Assembly (NCBI GenBank): GCA_947589095.1
Contig: CANQBX010000008.1
Location: 2,949 to 66,948, forward strand
Source of the DNA: an uncultured Lachnospiraceae bacterium
Lineage (GTDB): Bacteria; Bacillota; Clostridia; Lachnospirales; Lachnospiraceae
Direction: 5' to 3'
Length of the DNA stretch: 64,000 nucleotides
Shown here: positions 1 to 8,898 of the stretch, piece by piece
Position numbering within the stretch: the stretch's first letter is position 1
How the letters are laid out: each line of letters begins with the position of its first letter
Notes under the pieces: model-generated
What the model was told of the DNA's origin: nothing
Databases searched by the model: none
The model's input: the letters and a program-made list of their open reading frames with translations, nothing else
Translations under genes and position numbers: made by a program

Positions 1-1167
1 GGCATCCACGGCGGCCAGTACATCCCCGAGACATTGATGAACGCGGTGATCGAGCTGGAAGCCGCCTACAACCATTACAAGGATGATCCCGACTTTAACC
101 GGGAACTGACGCAGCTGTTTAACGAGTATGCCGGCCGTCCTTCCCGCCTCTACTACGCGGAGAAGATGACGAAGGACTTAGGCGGCGCGAAGATCTACTT
201 AAAGCGCGAGGACTTAAACCACACCGGCGCCCACAAGATCAATAACGTGCTGGGCCAGGCCCTTCTTGCGAAAAAAATGGGCAAGACCCGGCTGATCGCC
301 GAGACCGGCGCGGGCCAGCACGGCGTGGCCACGGCCACGGCCGCGGCGCTGATGGGCATGGAGTGCGTGGTGTTCATGGGCGAGGAGGATACGAAGCGGC
401 AGGCGCTGAACGTCTACCGCATGCGGCTCCTGGGCGCGGAGGTGATCCCGGTGAAGACCGGCACGGCGACGTTAAAGGACGCGGTCTCTGAGGCGATGCG
501 CGAGTGGACCAGCCGCATCGACGATACCCATTACTGCCTGGGCTCCGTCATGGGACCGCATCCGTTTCCGACCATCGTCCGTGATTTCCAGGCGGTGATC
601 TCCAAGGAGATCAAACAGCAGCTTCAGGAGAAGGAGGGACGCCTGCCGGACGCGGTGATCGCCTGCGTGGGCGGCGGTTCCAACGCCATCGGCAGCTTTT
701 ACCATTTCATCGGCGATGCGGGCGTGCGCCTGATCGGCTGCGAGGCGGCCGGCCGGGGCATCGATACCTTCGAGACGGCGGCCACGATCAACACGGGAAG
801 GCTGGGCATCTTCCACGGCATGAAATCGTATTTCTGTCAGGATGAGTACGGCCAGATCGCGCCGGTCTACTCCATCTCGGCGGGACTGGACTATCCGGGC
901 ATCGGGCCGGAGCATGCCCACCTTCACGATATCGGCCGGGCTGAGTATGTGCCGGTCACGGACGACGAGGCGGTCTGCGCGTTCGAATATCTGGCGAAGA
1001 CCGAGGGCATTATCCCGGCCATCGAGTCGGCTCACGCGGTGGCCCACGCGATGAAGATCGCGCCGGAGATGGATCGCGGCAAGATCATCGTTATTACGAT
1101 TTCCGGCCGGGGCGACAAAGACTGCGCGGCCATTGCCCGGTACAGAGGGGAGGATATCCATGAGTAA
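1..1167 (+). CDS. trpB: Tryptophan synthase beta chain (5' end lies outside the window)
   Basis: PLP-lysine motif [31 protein letters not shown] and SGRGDKD. The frame is open from base 1 ([13 protein letters not shown]), so the true start is upstream. Confidence 0.98.
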   Translation, partial: GIHGGQYIPETLMNAVIELEAAYNHYKDDPDFNRELTQLFNEYAGRPSRLYYAEKMTKDLGGAKIYLKREDLNHTGAHKINNVLGQALLAKKMGKTRLIAETGAGQHGVATATAAALMGMECVVFMGEEDTKRQALNVYRMRLLGAEVIPVKTGTATLKDAVSEAMREWTSRIDDTHYCLGSVMGPHPFPTIVRDFQAVISKEIKQQLQEKEGRLPDAVIACVGGGSNAIGSFYHFIGDAGVRLIGCEAAGRGIDTFETAATINTGRLGIFHGMKSYFCQDEYGQIAPVYSISAGLDYPGIGPEHAHLHDIGRAEYVPVTDDEAVCAFEYLAKTEGIIPAIESAHAVAHAMKIAPEMDRGKIIVITISGRGDKDCAAIARYRGEDIHE

Positions 1168-1933
1168 GATCAGAGAAGCATTTGCGGATGGAAAAGCATT
1201 TATCCCGTTCATCACCTGCGGCGATCCGGACCTTAAGACCACCGCGGCCGTGGTGCGGGCCTGCGTGGAAAATGGAGCCGATCTCATCGAGCTGGGCGTC
1301 CCGTTCTCCGATCCGACGGCCGAGGGCCCGGTGATCCAGGGGGCCAATCTGCGGGCGCTGACCGGCGGCGTCACCACCGACAGGATCTTCGATCTGGTGC
1401 GGGACCTGCGCCGGGACGTGACGGTTCCGATGGTGTTTATGACCTACGCCAACGTGGTCTTCTCCTACGGCGCGGAGCGGTTCATTTCCACCTGCCGCCA
1501 GATCGGCATCGACGGCCTGATCCTGCCGGATCTGCCCTATGAGGAGAAGGACGAGTTCCTGCCGCTGTGCCGGCAGTACGGCGTAGATCTGATCTCCCTG
1601 ATCGCACCCACGTCCCAGAACCGGATCGCGATGATTGCGAAAGAAGCGGAAGGTTTCATCTACGTGGTGTCCAGCCTCGGCGTTACCGGCACCCGCAGCG
1701 AGATCAAGACGGACCTGGCCTCCATCGTGGAGGTGATCCGCGAAAACACCGATGTGCCCTGCGCCATCGGCTTCGGCATCTCCACGCCGGAGCAGGCCCG
1801 GAAAATGGCTTCCGTCGCCGACGGAGCCATCGTGGGCTCGGCGATCATCAAGATCCTGGAGAAATACGGCGCGGACGCGGCGCCTTACGTGGGCGAATAT
1901 GTGAAGAGCATGAAGGACGCGGTGCGCGGGTAA
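1160..1933 (+). CDS. trpA: Tryptophan synthase alpha chain
   Basis: [41 protein letters not shown] 1160 follows GGGAGG and overlaps the trpB end. Confidence 0.97.
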   Translation: MSKIREAFADGKAFIPFITCGDPDLKTTAAVVRACVENGADLIELGVPFSDPTAEGPVIQGANLRALTGGVTTDRIFDLVRDLRRDVTVPMVFMTYANVVFSYGAERFISTCRQIGIDGLILPDLPYEEKDEFLPLCRQYGVDLISLIAPTSQNRIAMIAKEAEGFIYVVSSLGVTGTRSEIKTDLASIVEVIRENTDVPCAIGFGISTPEQARKMASVADGAIVGSAIIKILEKYGADAAPYVGEYVKSMKDAVRG

Positions 1934-1971
1934 GGCACGGCCCGCCAGGGACTTCTCTCTTCCCAAAGTTC

Positions 1972-2046
1972 AAAAACAAGTGATATGGCATGAAAAACAA
2001 GTGATTAGTAAGAATATATTGCAGTGAATGACGCAATGATTATAAT
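1972..2046 (+). promoter_or_regulatory. Direct repeat AAAAACAAGTGAT x2 (21-bp period) upstream of a TTGCAG-N16-TATAAT promoter
   Basis: Copies at 1972-1984 and 1993-2005; -35 at 2019-2024, -10 at 2041-2046. Confidence 0.6.
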
Positions 2047-2084
2047 TGATACTGTTAAAACCTGGTTAGAGGAGGATTTTTATT

Positions 2085-2483
2085 ATGGAAAAGAAACCCA
2101 TCATCACATTCTTAAAGGTTATGTCGATCGTCGTTCTGATCCAGAGCGCTATTGGAATCCTGATCAATGGATTCGCCGCCTTTCTGGCGCCAGTCGTGGA
2201 AACATCCGAAAGCGGGGCCATTACGCCCATGACCTGGATAACCCTGGCGGTATCGATCGTCTGTCTGGTGATCAATTTTATTCTTGCAATTATGGCTCTG
2301 CAGCATAAAGAGATCGATCTTGTGTATAAGGTATCCATTGTCACCCTGATCGTTCCGATTGTGTTTAATATCGTTATTGCAAGCGGCGCCAGCGGTTATT
2401 TTTCGGCCATTGCCGGCGCGGTAATACCGGCTCTGTTCTGCTATGCCGCTTTTAAACAGAACAGGATCGATCAGGCTAAGTAA
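2085..2483 (+). CDS. Small integral membrane protein (about 4 TM), unknown function
   Basis: 132-aa ORF with four hydrophobic stretches; AGAGGAGG RBS; AT-richer than its neighbours. Confidence 0.8.
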   Translation: MEKKPIITFLKVMSIVVLIQSAIGILINGFAAFLAPVVETSESGAITPMTWITLAVSIVCLVINFILAIMALQHKEIDLVYKVSIVTLIVPIVFNIVIASGASGYFSAIAGAVIPALFCYAAFKQNRIDQAK

Positions 2484-2519
2484 GAAAGAAGAAAAAAGAA
2501 GCTGATAAGAAGGTTTATC

Positions 2520-4580
2520 ATGAAAAAAGTATGTTATAAGGCAATCGCAGTCGTATTATGTCTGGTTATGGCGTTGGGGTTAAGCGCCTGTGGGAGCAGA
2601 AAGAATGTTTCGGAAACCGCGGGCGGGTCTTCCATGGAGGAATCGGCGGAAACCGTCGCGGAAAGCAGCATCCCGGAAACAGGATCCGAAAGCGCCGCGG
2701 TAACCGGATCTGAAAGCGGAGAGGACGCGGAGCGCGCCCCCGCGGTGATAACGATCTATTCTACCAACGATATTCACGGAGTCGTGGCGGAGAGCCCGGA
2801 CGACGGCGTGATCGGACTGCCGCAGGTGGCCGGCATAGCCGCGTCTACAGAGAACGCCATTCTTCTGGACGCCGGCGACGCCACCCAGGGAGCCAGCTTT
2901 GCCACCGTCGGCAGCGGCGCTTATGTGATCGATGTCATGAACGCCGCCGGATACAAAGCCATGGCGGCGGGCAATCACGAGTTTGATTACGGTGCGGAAG
3001 TGCTTCTGGCTAACGCGCAGAAGGCCCGGTTCCCCATTCTTTCCGCCAATACCTTAAAGGACGGAAAGCCTTTGCTGGAAAGCCATATTGTTGTCGACGC
3101 GGCGGGGTATCGGATCGGCGTCATCGGTCTCACCACCGCTTCCACCTCCACATCCACCAATCCGGCGAAGCTGCAGGGCGTCACGTTTGAAAATGAGATC
3201 GAAACCGCCAAGGCTGAGATCGGGGAGATCGCCGACAGCGTGGATGCGATCGTTCTTGTGACCCATCTCGGCGATAACGCCCTTGCCACGGACGTTACCT
3301 CTGAGCAGCTTCTTAAAGGCCTTTCCTCCGAGGAGCTTGCGAAGGTTGCCGCCGTCATAGACGGCCACAGTCATACGGTCGAGGAGACGGCCGTCGGTTC
3401 TGTTCCCATCGTTCAGACCGGAACCCGGAATACCGGCCTGGGCGTCGTCACTCTTTCCTTCGACGGCAAAGGCGGCTTTGCGGCAGCGGGAGAGGTCTGG
3501 GACTATGAGAAAGCTTCCGCGTTTGCGCTGAACGAGGACGGCGAGACCGCGAAAGCCGCGGTTACGGCTGCCAACGATGAAAGCATCATTGAGATCGATC
3601 CGATCCTGGCCGAGGAGGTGGCCCTTACCGGCGCTCCCATCTGGGGCGGGTACATTTACTATGATTATGCGGAGCCGCGGATCGTGGAAACGACCATGGG
3701 AGATCTGGTGGCGGACGCCTTCCGGTATTACGGTCAGATATTCGCTGATAATAACAATATATCTGCCCCTGTTCTCGGCGTGGAGAACGGCGGCGGGATC
3801 AGCGCCACATTCCCTTACGGGATCGTGACGCGGGGAGACATTCTGAACGCCTTTAACCATGGCAATACGGTGGACGTGATCCGGGTCTATCCTTCCCAGC
3901 TCTACACGGCGCTGGAACTTGGCCTTACGATGACCGGTCAGGACGACACGGGGCTTCTGGTCCGTGAAAAGCCATCCGGCAGCTTCCTGCAGGTGTCCGG
4001 GTTTACGTACACCTACGATCCCGCGGGCGAAGCGGGAAGCAAGGTGCTTTCCGTTGTCCTTGACGACGGTACGGAGCTTTCCAGAGACGACGAAGAGACG
4101 GATCTTTTCGTGGTCACCAACAATTATGTGACGACCTTCGACGGCTTTGCTTCCACGATGAAATTCGGCGAGCTGGGCGGCGAGGACGCCATCGTTATGG
4201 ATTATATCCTCCATCTGACCAACGATGGAACGGATACTCTGACCATCGACAGGCCGGCGGGAAGGGTCGTAGTGGCGGGAGATAAATCTCCGGAAACGTA
4301 TGATGTAGTGATTCCGGTACAGACTCCGGACGGCAGCGAGTACGATTTCGCGGGAACAGAGTTTGAGATCGTGATCGACAATGAGGCTCCCGAGAAGGTG
4401 GTCTGCGAGGCGGATGGACTGCATCTGACCGTTTCGAAGGGCGCCCATACCTTCTATCTCACGGAATCGGCGGACGCCGTGCCGGTCTATACCAATAACT
4501 ATTCCGGTTCCGGTACCGTAACCACTGCGGACGGATACTATCATCTCTACTTTACGGTGGATCCGGATTCGCTGAAATAG
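2520..4580 (+). CDS. Lipoprotein 5'-nucleotidase / metallophosphoesterase
   Basis: Lipobox LSAC; STNDIHG, DAGD, GNHEFDYG, HLG, GHSH motifs; C-terminal domain with NGGG. Confidence 0.92.
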   Translation: MKKVCYKAIAVVLCLVMALGLSACGSRKNVSETAGGSSMEESAETVAESSIPETGSESAAVTGSESGEDAERAPAVITIYSTNDIHGVVAESPDDGVIGLPQVAGIAASTENAILLDAGDATQGASFATVGSGAYVIDVMNAAGYKAMAAGNHEFDYGAEVLLANAQKARFPILSANTLKDGKPLLESHIVVDAAGYRIGVIGLTTASTSTSTNPAKLQGVTFENEIETAKAEIGEIADSVDAIVLVTHLGDNALATDVTSEQLLKGLSSEELAKVAAVIDGHSHTVEETAVGSVPIVQTGTRNTGLGVVTLSFDGKGGFAAAGEVWDYEKASAFALNEDGETAKAAVTAANDESIIEIDPILAEEVALTGAPIWGGYIYYDYAEPRIVETTMGDLVADAFRYYGQIFADNNNISAPVLGVENGGGISATFPYGIVTRGDILNAFNHGNTVDVIRVYPSQLYTALELGLTMTGQDDTGLLVREKPSGSFLQVSGFTYTYDPAGEAGSKVLSVVLDDGTELSRDDEETDLFVVTNNYVTTFDGFASTMKFGELGGEDAIVMDYILHLTNDGTDTLTIDRPAGRVVVAGDKSPETYDVVIPVQTPDGSEYDFAGTEFEIVIDNEAPEKVVCEADGLHLTVSKGAHTFYLTESADAVPVYTNNYSGSGTVTTADGYYHLYFTVDPDSLK

Positions 4581-4601
4581 ATCCGCCGAAGGAAGGAAAC
4601 G

Positions 4602-5570
4602 ATGGACATTCAATACTTACTGTTTTTACAGAATATAAGAGAGGCCACGGGGGGAGTGCTGAACAGCTTCTTTCTGCAGATGAGCGACCTGTCTTATGGA
4701 ATCTTTATCTGGATACTGGCCTGCGTTCTGTTCTGGTCGGTAGACAAGAAGAGCGGGAGGTTCCTGTTCTTAAATATCGGTTTCGCCAGATTCTTCATGC
4801 AGCTGCTGAAGCTGACCTTCTGCGTGTACCGGCCGTGGATCCGTTCGGACCGGATCGTTCCGGTGGAGACAGCCTCCGGCTATTCCTTCCCCAGCGGTCA
4901 CAGCATTACGGCCACGTCCAATTACGGTACCGTAATGGAGCGGTACCGTAAGCATAAGCCCCTCTGTATTTTCATGGGCGTCATGATCCTTCTTACTATT
5001 TTTTCGAGAAACTACATCGGCGTCCATACGCCGCAGGATGTGATCGTCGGAACCCTGCTGGGCGCCGCGGTAGTTGCGGCAGGCGCGAAGGTCTGGGAAT
5101 GGGTCGATGCGCATCCGGAGAAGGACTGGCTGATTCCCTGCGCCGGCGTGGCGCTGACCGTTCTGTTCCTGATCTATATTTCCGTCAAATCCTACCCGAT
5201 GGATTATGTGGACGGGAAGCTTCTGGTGGATCCGGAGAAGATGAAGGTGGACGGGTTTAAGGATGCGGGACGGCTTCTGGGCGTGACGCTGGGATGGTTT
5301 CTGGAGAGGCGTTTCGTGGGATTTTCCATGGACGTGCCGGCGCTTCAGAAGGTAACAAGGGCCGGAGCGGGAGCGCTTCTGCTTATTTTCATCGAGAAAT
5401 GCCTGACGCCTGCCGTGACGGGCGCGTTCGCCTTCTCTTGGGTGAATTGCCTGATGACGTTTCTGGAGCTTATCCTCCTTATGGTGGTTTATCCGCTGTG
5501 CTTTTCCAGACTGGAAGGCTCCGGGGCGGAAAGCCGGCCGGATAAGGCCTTGAGCCGGCCGAGAAGCTGA
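4602..5570 (+). CDS. PAP2-family membrane phosphatase
   Basis: KLTFCVYRPW, FPSGH and SRNYIGVHTPQDV catalytic motifs; multiple TM segments. Confidence 0.92.
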   Translation: MDIQYLLFLQNIREATGGVLNSFFLQMSDLSYGIFIWILACVLFWSVDKKSGRFLFLNIGFARFFMQLLKLTFCVYRPWIRSDRIVPVETASGYSFPSGHSITATSNYGTVMERYRKHKPLCIFMGVMILLTIFSRNYIGVHTPQDVIVGTLLGAAVVAAGAKVWEWVDAHPEKDWLIPCAGVALTVLFLIYISVKSYPMDYVDGKLLVDPEKMKVDGFKDAGRLLGVTLGWFLERRFVGFSMDVPALQKVTRAGAGALLLIFIEKCLTPAVTGAFAFSWVNCLMTFLELILLMVVYPLCFSRLEGSGAESRPDKALSRPRS

Positions 5571-5599
5571 TTATCGAAATAAGGAGGAAAGAGCTACCT

Positions 5600-6478
5600 A
5601 TGAAAAAGAAAAGCGGCGTTTTCCGCCACTGGGTGCAGGCGGCGTGGTTCGCTCTGACCAACGGTTACGTGTCCGGTTATCTTCAGGGGAAGATCTTCAC
5701 CGGGAAAAGCAAGACGATATGCGTGCCCGGGCTGAACTGCTATTCCTGTCCCGGCGCGCTGTACGCCTGCCCCATCGGTTCCCTGCAGGCTGTGCTGGAC
5801 AGCGGTTCCTTCAAGCTGTCCTGCTATGTGTTCGGCATGCTGACGGCGTTCGGCACCTTCCTGGGACGGTTTATCTGCGGCTGGCTGTGTCCCTTTGGCT
5901 TCGTGCAGGATATGCTGAATAAGATCCCTCTTAAGAAGAAGGCCAAAAATATGCCGGGCGATCGATATCTCCGGTATCTGAAATATGTGGTTTTGGTGCT
6001 GTTCGTTCTTATCCTTCCGTATTTCGCGAAGGGAGATCTGGCCGGGACGCCCTGGTTCTGCAAGTGGATCTGTCCGAGCGGAACGCTTCTGGGAGGGATC
6101 CCTCTGGTTATCGGCAACGAGGGAGTCCGGAGCGCCACGGGCATTCTGTTCCGATGGAAGCTATGGGTCCTTATTGCGATCGTCTGGCTGTCCGTTAAGT
6201 ACAGCCGGCCCTTCTGTAAATATCTGTGTCCCCTGGGGGCGCTTTACGGCATTTTCAATCCTATTTCTTTCTACCGGCTGAAGGTAGATGAGACGGCCTG
6301 CGTAAAATGCGGAGGCTGTCAGAAGGTCTGCCCTATGGATGTGAAGACCTGGGAGACGCCCAACAGCGCGGAATGCATCCGCTGCGGGAAGTGTATGGAC
6401 GCATGTCCCAAGGGGGCCATCACCACATCGGCAAGGGAGCTCTGGGGTAAGAAGAGCGGATTGGAGGAAGCGCAATGA
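5600..6478 (+). CDS. Membrane 4Fe-4S protein (NapH/MauN-like ferredoxin type)
   Basis: CxxxCP motifs (CGWLCP, CKWICP, CKYLCP) plus two CxxCxxCxxxCP clusters at the C-terminus. Confidence 0.9.
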   Translation: MKKKSGVFRHWVQAAWFALTNGYVSGYLQGKIFTGKSKTICVPGLNCYSCPGALYACPIGSLQAVLDSGSFKLSCYVFGMLTAFGTFLGRFICGWLCPFGFVQDMLNKIPLKKKAKNMPGDRYLRYLKYVVLVLFVLILPYFAKGDLAGTPWFCKWICPSGTLLGGIPLVIGNEGVRSATGILFRWKLWVLIAIVWLSVKYSRPFCKYLCPLGALYGIFNPISFYRLKVDETACVKCGGCQKVCPMDVKTWETPNSAECIRCGKCMDACPKGAITTSARELWGKKSGLEEAQ

Positions 6479-6633
6479 GCCGGAATTTAAGTGAGAAGCA
6501 AAAAAGCAGGATCCGTTTAGGCCTGGTCGTGCTGTCCGTTGTGCTGATCGGGCTGGGAATCATGCAGGGAGAGCCGGCTACGGTATTTAACAAGGCGGCC
6601 AATATCTGTCTGGAATGCATCGGGATCGGATAA
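6475..6633 (+). CDS. Small membrane CxxC protein (CD1871A-like), 52 aa, absent from the ORF track
   Basis: Translated by hand: MSRNLSEKQKSRIRLGLVVLSVVLIGLGIMQGEPATVFNKAANICLECIGIG. ATGA overlap with the upstream stop; GGAGG RBS; one TM; terminal ICLECIGIG. Confidence 0.88.
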   Translation: MSRNLSEKQKSRIRLGLVVLSVVLIGLGIMQGEPATVFNKAANICLECIGIG

Positions 6634-6660
6634 TGGGAGACTGCGAGGGGAGGATCGATC

Positions 6661-7758
6661 ATGGATTCAGCTGTTGAAAGCAGGAAGCGGCCGTCTGCCG
6701 GACTGGGAGACAGAATCGTCTGCGCCGTCGGCGGCGTAACGTCCGTTGCGTGCCTTGCGATCGTCATACACGCCATTTGCAGTTATCTGCCGTTCCTTTT
6801 GAATATCGGAAGAAGCCAGGCAGGGGTCTGGGTCGGGGCCCTGTTTCAGATACCGGTCGTATTCGCTGCGCTGGTGCTGCTTTCGTTCGCTGTCAGCGGC
6901 TTTCGGAACGGCCTGAGGGGAGATAAGGCGGTGACGCATTTCCGCGAGACGCTGCTGGTATTTCTTATCTTTCTGATTAGCTTTATCTTTAATATGGGGA
7001 ATTTCTTCGTGGCATCCCTGCTGAATGAGGGTCTGGCATCGGAGGTTTCCATGGCGATGCTTTACATTTTCCTGGAAGCTGTTTTGGTGCTGTTCCCGGC
7101 TGTCGGGATCACGCTGTTTCTGTTTATCTTCTGTTCGTGCCGGGTAGAGGAGGGGCAGAAGAAGAGCTCCATGAAAGAGTTTTTCCTGTCCCTGAAGGAT
7201 TTTGCCAAATGGGCTGTGATTCTGGTGCTCAGCGTAACCTTTATCTTCTCGGGACAGCGGTCCGGCGCCGGGATTCGCGTAGACGCGTTTACCGCTTTTC
7301 AGGCGGCGGATCTGGCGGGCAATCCCGTGGATCAGACGATCTTTTCGGAGCATGATCTGACGCTTGTCAATGTGTGGGCCACATTCTGCGGGCCGTGCAA
7401 GGCGGAAATGCCGGATCTGGCGGAGCTGCATGAGGAGTACCGGGACAAGGGCTTCCAGGTGGTCGGTATCTGCGGAGATATTGTGAACGCGTCTACCGGG
7501 CAGCTGCAGCAGAGAGAATACGAGGACGCCCTGGAGATCGCGGGGGAAACGCACGCGGACGTCTATCTGAACCTGAATCCGGCCGGAGATCTGGCATCCG
7601 GTTTCATTCGTGACCATGTGCCGGCCTATCCCACGTCCCTTTTCGTGGACAGCGCGGGGAACCAGGTGGGCGATATGGTCATCGGCTCCCTGGATAAGGA
7701 CGACTGGAAGGCGGAGATCGATAAAAGGCTGGAAATGATAGCCAGCGGGGAGCGGTAG
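6661..7758 (+). CDS. TlpA/ResA-like thiol-disulfide oxidoreductase fused to an N-terminal multi-TM domain
   Basis: LVNVWATFCGPCKAEMPDL and AYPTSLFVD (cis-Pro loop); the first ~195 aa contain about five hydrophobic segments. Confidence 0.88.
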   Translation: MDSAVESRKRPSAGLGDRIVCAVGGVTSVACLAIVIHAICSYLPFLLNIGRSQAGVWVGALFQIPVVFAALVLLSFAVSGFRNGLRGDKAVTHFRETLLVFLIFLISFIFNMGNFFVASLLNEGLASEVSMAMLYIFLEAVLVLFPAVGITLFLFIFCSCRVEEGQKKSSMKEFFLSLKDFAKWAVILVLSVTFIFSGQRSGAGIRVDAFTAFQAADLAGNPVDQTIFSEHDLTLVNVWATFCGPCKAEMPDLAELHEEYRDKGFQVVGICGDIVNASTGQLQQREYEDALEIAGETHADVYLNLNPAGDLASGFIRDHVPAYPTSLFVDSAGNQVGDMVIGSLDKDDWKAEIDKRLEMIASGER

Positions 7759-7822
7759 GGAAGAGGCGGCATGTCTGCTGTTTGAAGCGGCCTGTTTGCG
7801 GACTCCTGCAGGAGCGGATCTG

Positions 7823-8632
7823 TTATTCCGTGATCTCCTGCAGGAGCATTTTTTTGACCTTCGTATATTTCTTTTCCGGAACCGGAAGCTGCGTCCCGTC
7901 GGATAAGGTTACAAAGAAGCGGCGGATCTCACGCACATGTGCCGGATTGAGCAGATACCCGGCGTGTACGCGCAGAAAAAGGCCGGGGTATTTCTTCTCG
8001 AAGCCCGGCAGCGTTTCATTGATGGTGAGCGTGTCGGCCGTCATGTGGATCCGCAGCTTTGCGGCGCGCTTGACGGTTTCGATATATAAGATCCGGTCCG
8101 CCGCGATGCGGTGAACGCTTAGGTCGGATGCCTTTACGGTCACGAAGCGTTCCGGATCCGCGGGAGGCGGCGCCGCTGCGTCCACATCTTCATAGTGAAC
8201 GGGATAAATGGTGTCCCGGCTGTCGTATTTCCAAAGATTGCTGATGTGCAGCATGACGATCTCCGGCCGGGATTCCCATCCGGAAGCGGTCTTCACCCGC
8301 TTTTCCCGCCATGTATAGTGCAGCTGCTGGTTGTGCGGAACGATATTGCCGCTGGGGTAATGGGTGAATACGTCGTAATGCAGGACGATCTCCTTTACAT
8401 GGGTGTGGGGTGAGACGCACAGGGCGGTGATATTGCCCATGGTGAAGGTCAGGGTATGCTTTTCCCTGCTCCAGGTCTGGATCAGGATCTCCCTGCCCTG
8501 GATCTGCTGCCGCTCGGCAGGGCCGAGCCACAGGACGTCGTCGCTGAGATACTCGAAGAACGGCTCCAGATTGTTCTTGTAGTATTCCGTTATGATGAAA
8601 ATGGAGCGGCGGATCAGATCGTCTGTCTTCAT
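7823..8632 (-). CDS. LytTR-family DNA-binding protein with an N-terminal NTF2/SnoaL-like domain
   Basis: C-terminal ILYIE...FLRVHAGYLLNPAHV...LPVPEKKY is LytTR-like; N-terminus FFEYLSDDVLWLGP...IQGRE is SnoaL-like. Start placed at MKTDD after GGAGG. Confidence 0.82.
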   Translation of the reverse strand: MKTDDLIRRSIFIITEYYKNNLEPFFEYLSDDVLWLGPAERQQIQGREILIQTWSREKHTLTFTMGNITALCVSPHTHVKEIVLHYDVFTHYPSGNIVPHNQQLHYTWREKRVKTASGWESRPEIVMLHISNLWKYDSRDTIYPVHYEDVDAAAPPPADPERFVTVKASDLSVHRIAADRILYIETVKRAAKLRIHMTADTLTINETLPGFEKKYPGLFLRVHAGYLLNPAHVREIRRFFVTLSDGTQLPVPEKKYTKVKKMLLQEITE

Positions 8633-8677
8633 GAAATTCCTCCGAGGCCGGGATATCCCGGCCATTTTTCATATATC

Positions 8678-8794
8678 CATGCAGAAAGTGTGCCGGCAGC
8701 ATACTTTCTGTCTTTCCATGCGGGCAAAGTGCCAGTGATGCTCTGGTTGTTTTTTCATGCAGGAAGAGCGTCGGTGACATCCTTTTTGCATTAT
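8678..8794. repeat. Three imperfect 39-bp tandem repeats starting CATGC in the LytTR/ECF divergent intergenic region
   Basis: Units start at 8678, 8717 and 8756 (catgcagaaagtgtgccggcagcat / catgcgggcaaagtgccagtgatgc / catgcaggaagagcgtcggtgacat). Confidence 0.6.
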
Positions 8795-8827
8795 ATGTTA
8801 TAATAAAGGCAAAGACAAGCGATTTTC

Positions 8828-8856
8828 GCCAACCTTTTTCCATCCCCGGCGTCTAT
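8828..8856 (+). promoter_or_regulatory. ECF-type promoter AAC-N16-CGTC upstream of the ECF sigma gene
   Basis: gccAACctttttccatccccggCGTCtat; AAC 8831-8833, CGTC 8850-8853, with a T-tract after AAC as in Bacillus sigma W/M/V promoters. Confidence 0.65.
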
Positions 8857-8898
8857 AGGAATGAAAGCTTTCAAATGGCTGCAAGGAGGTATGAACAG

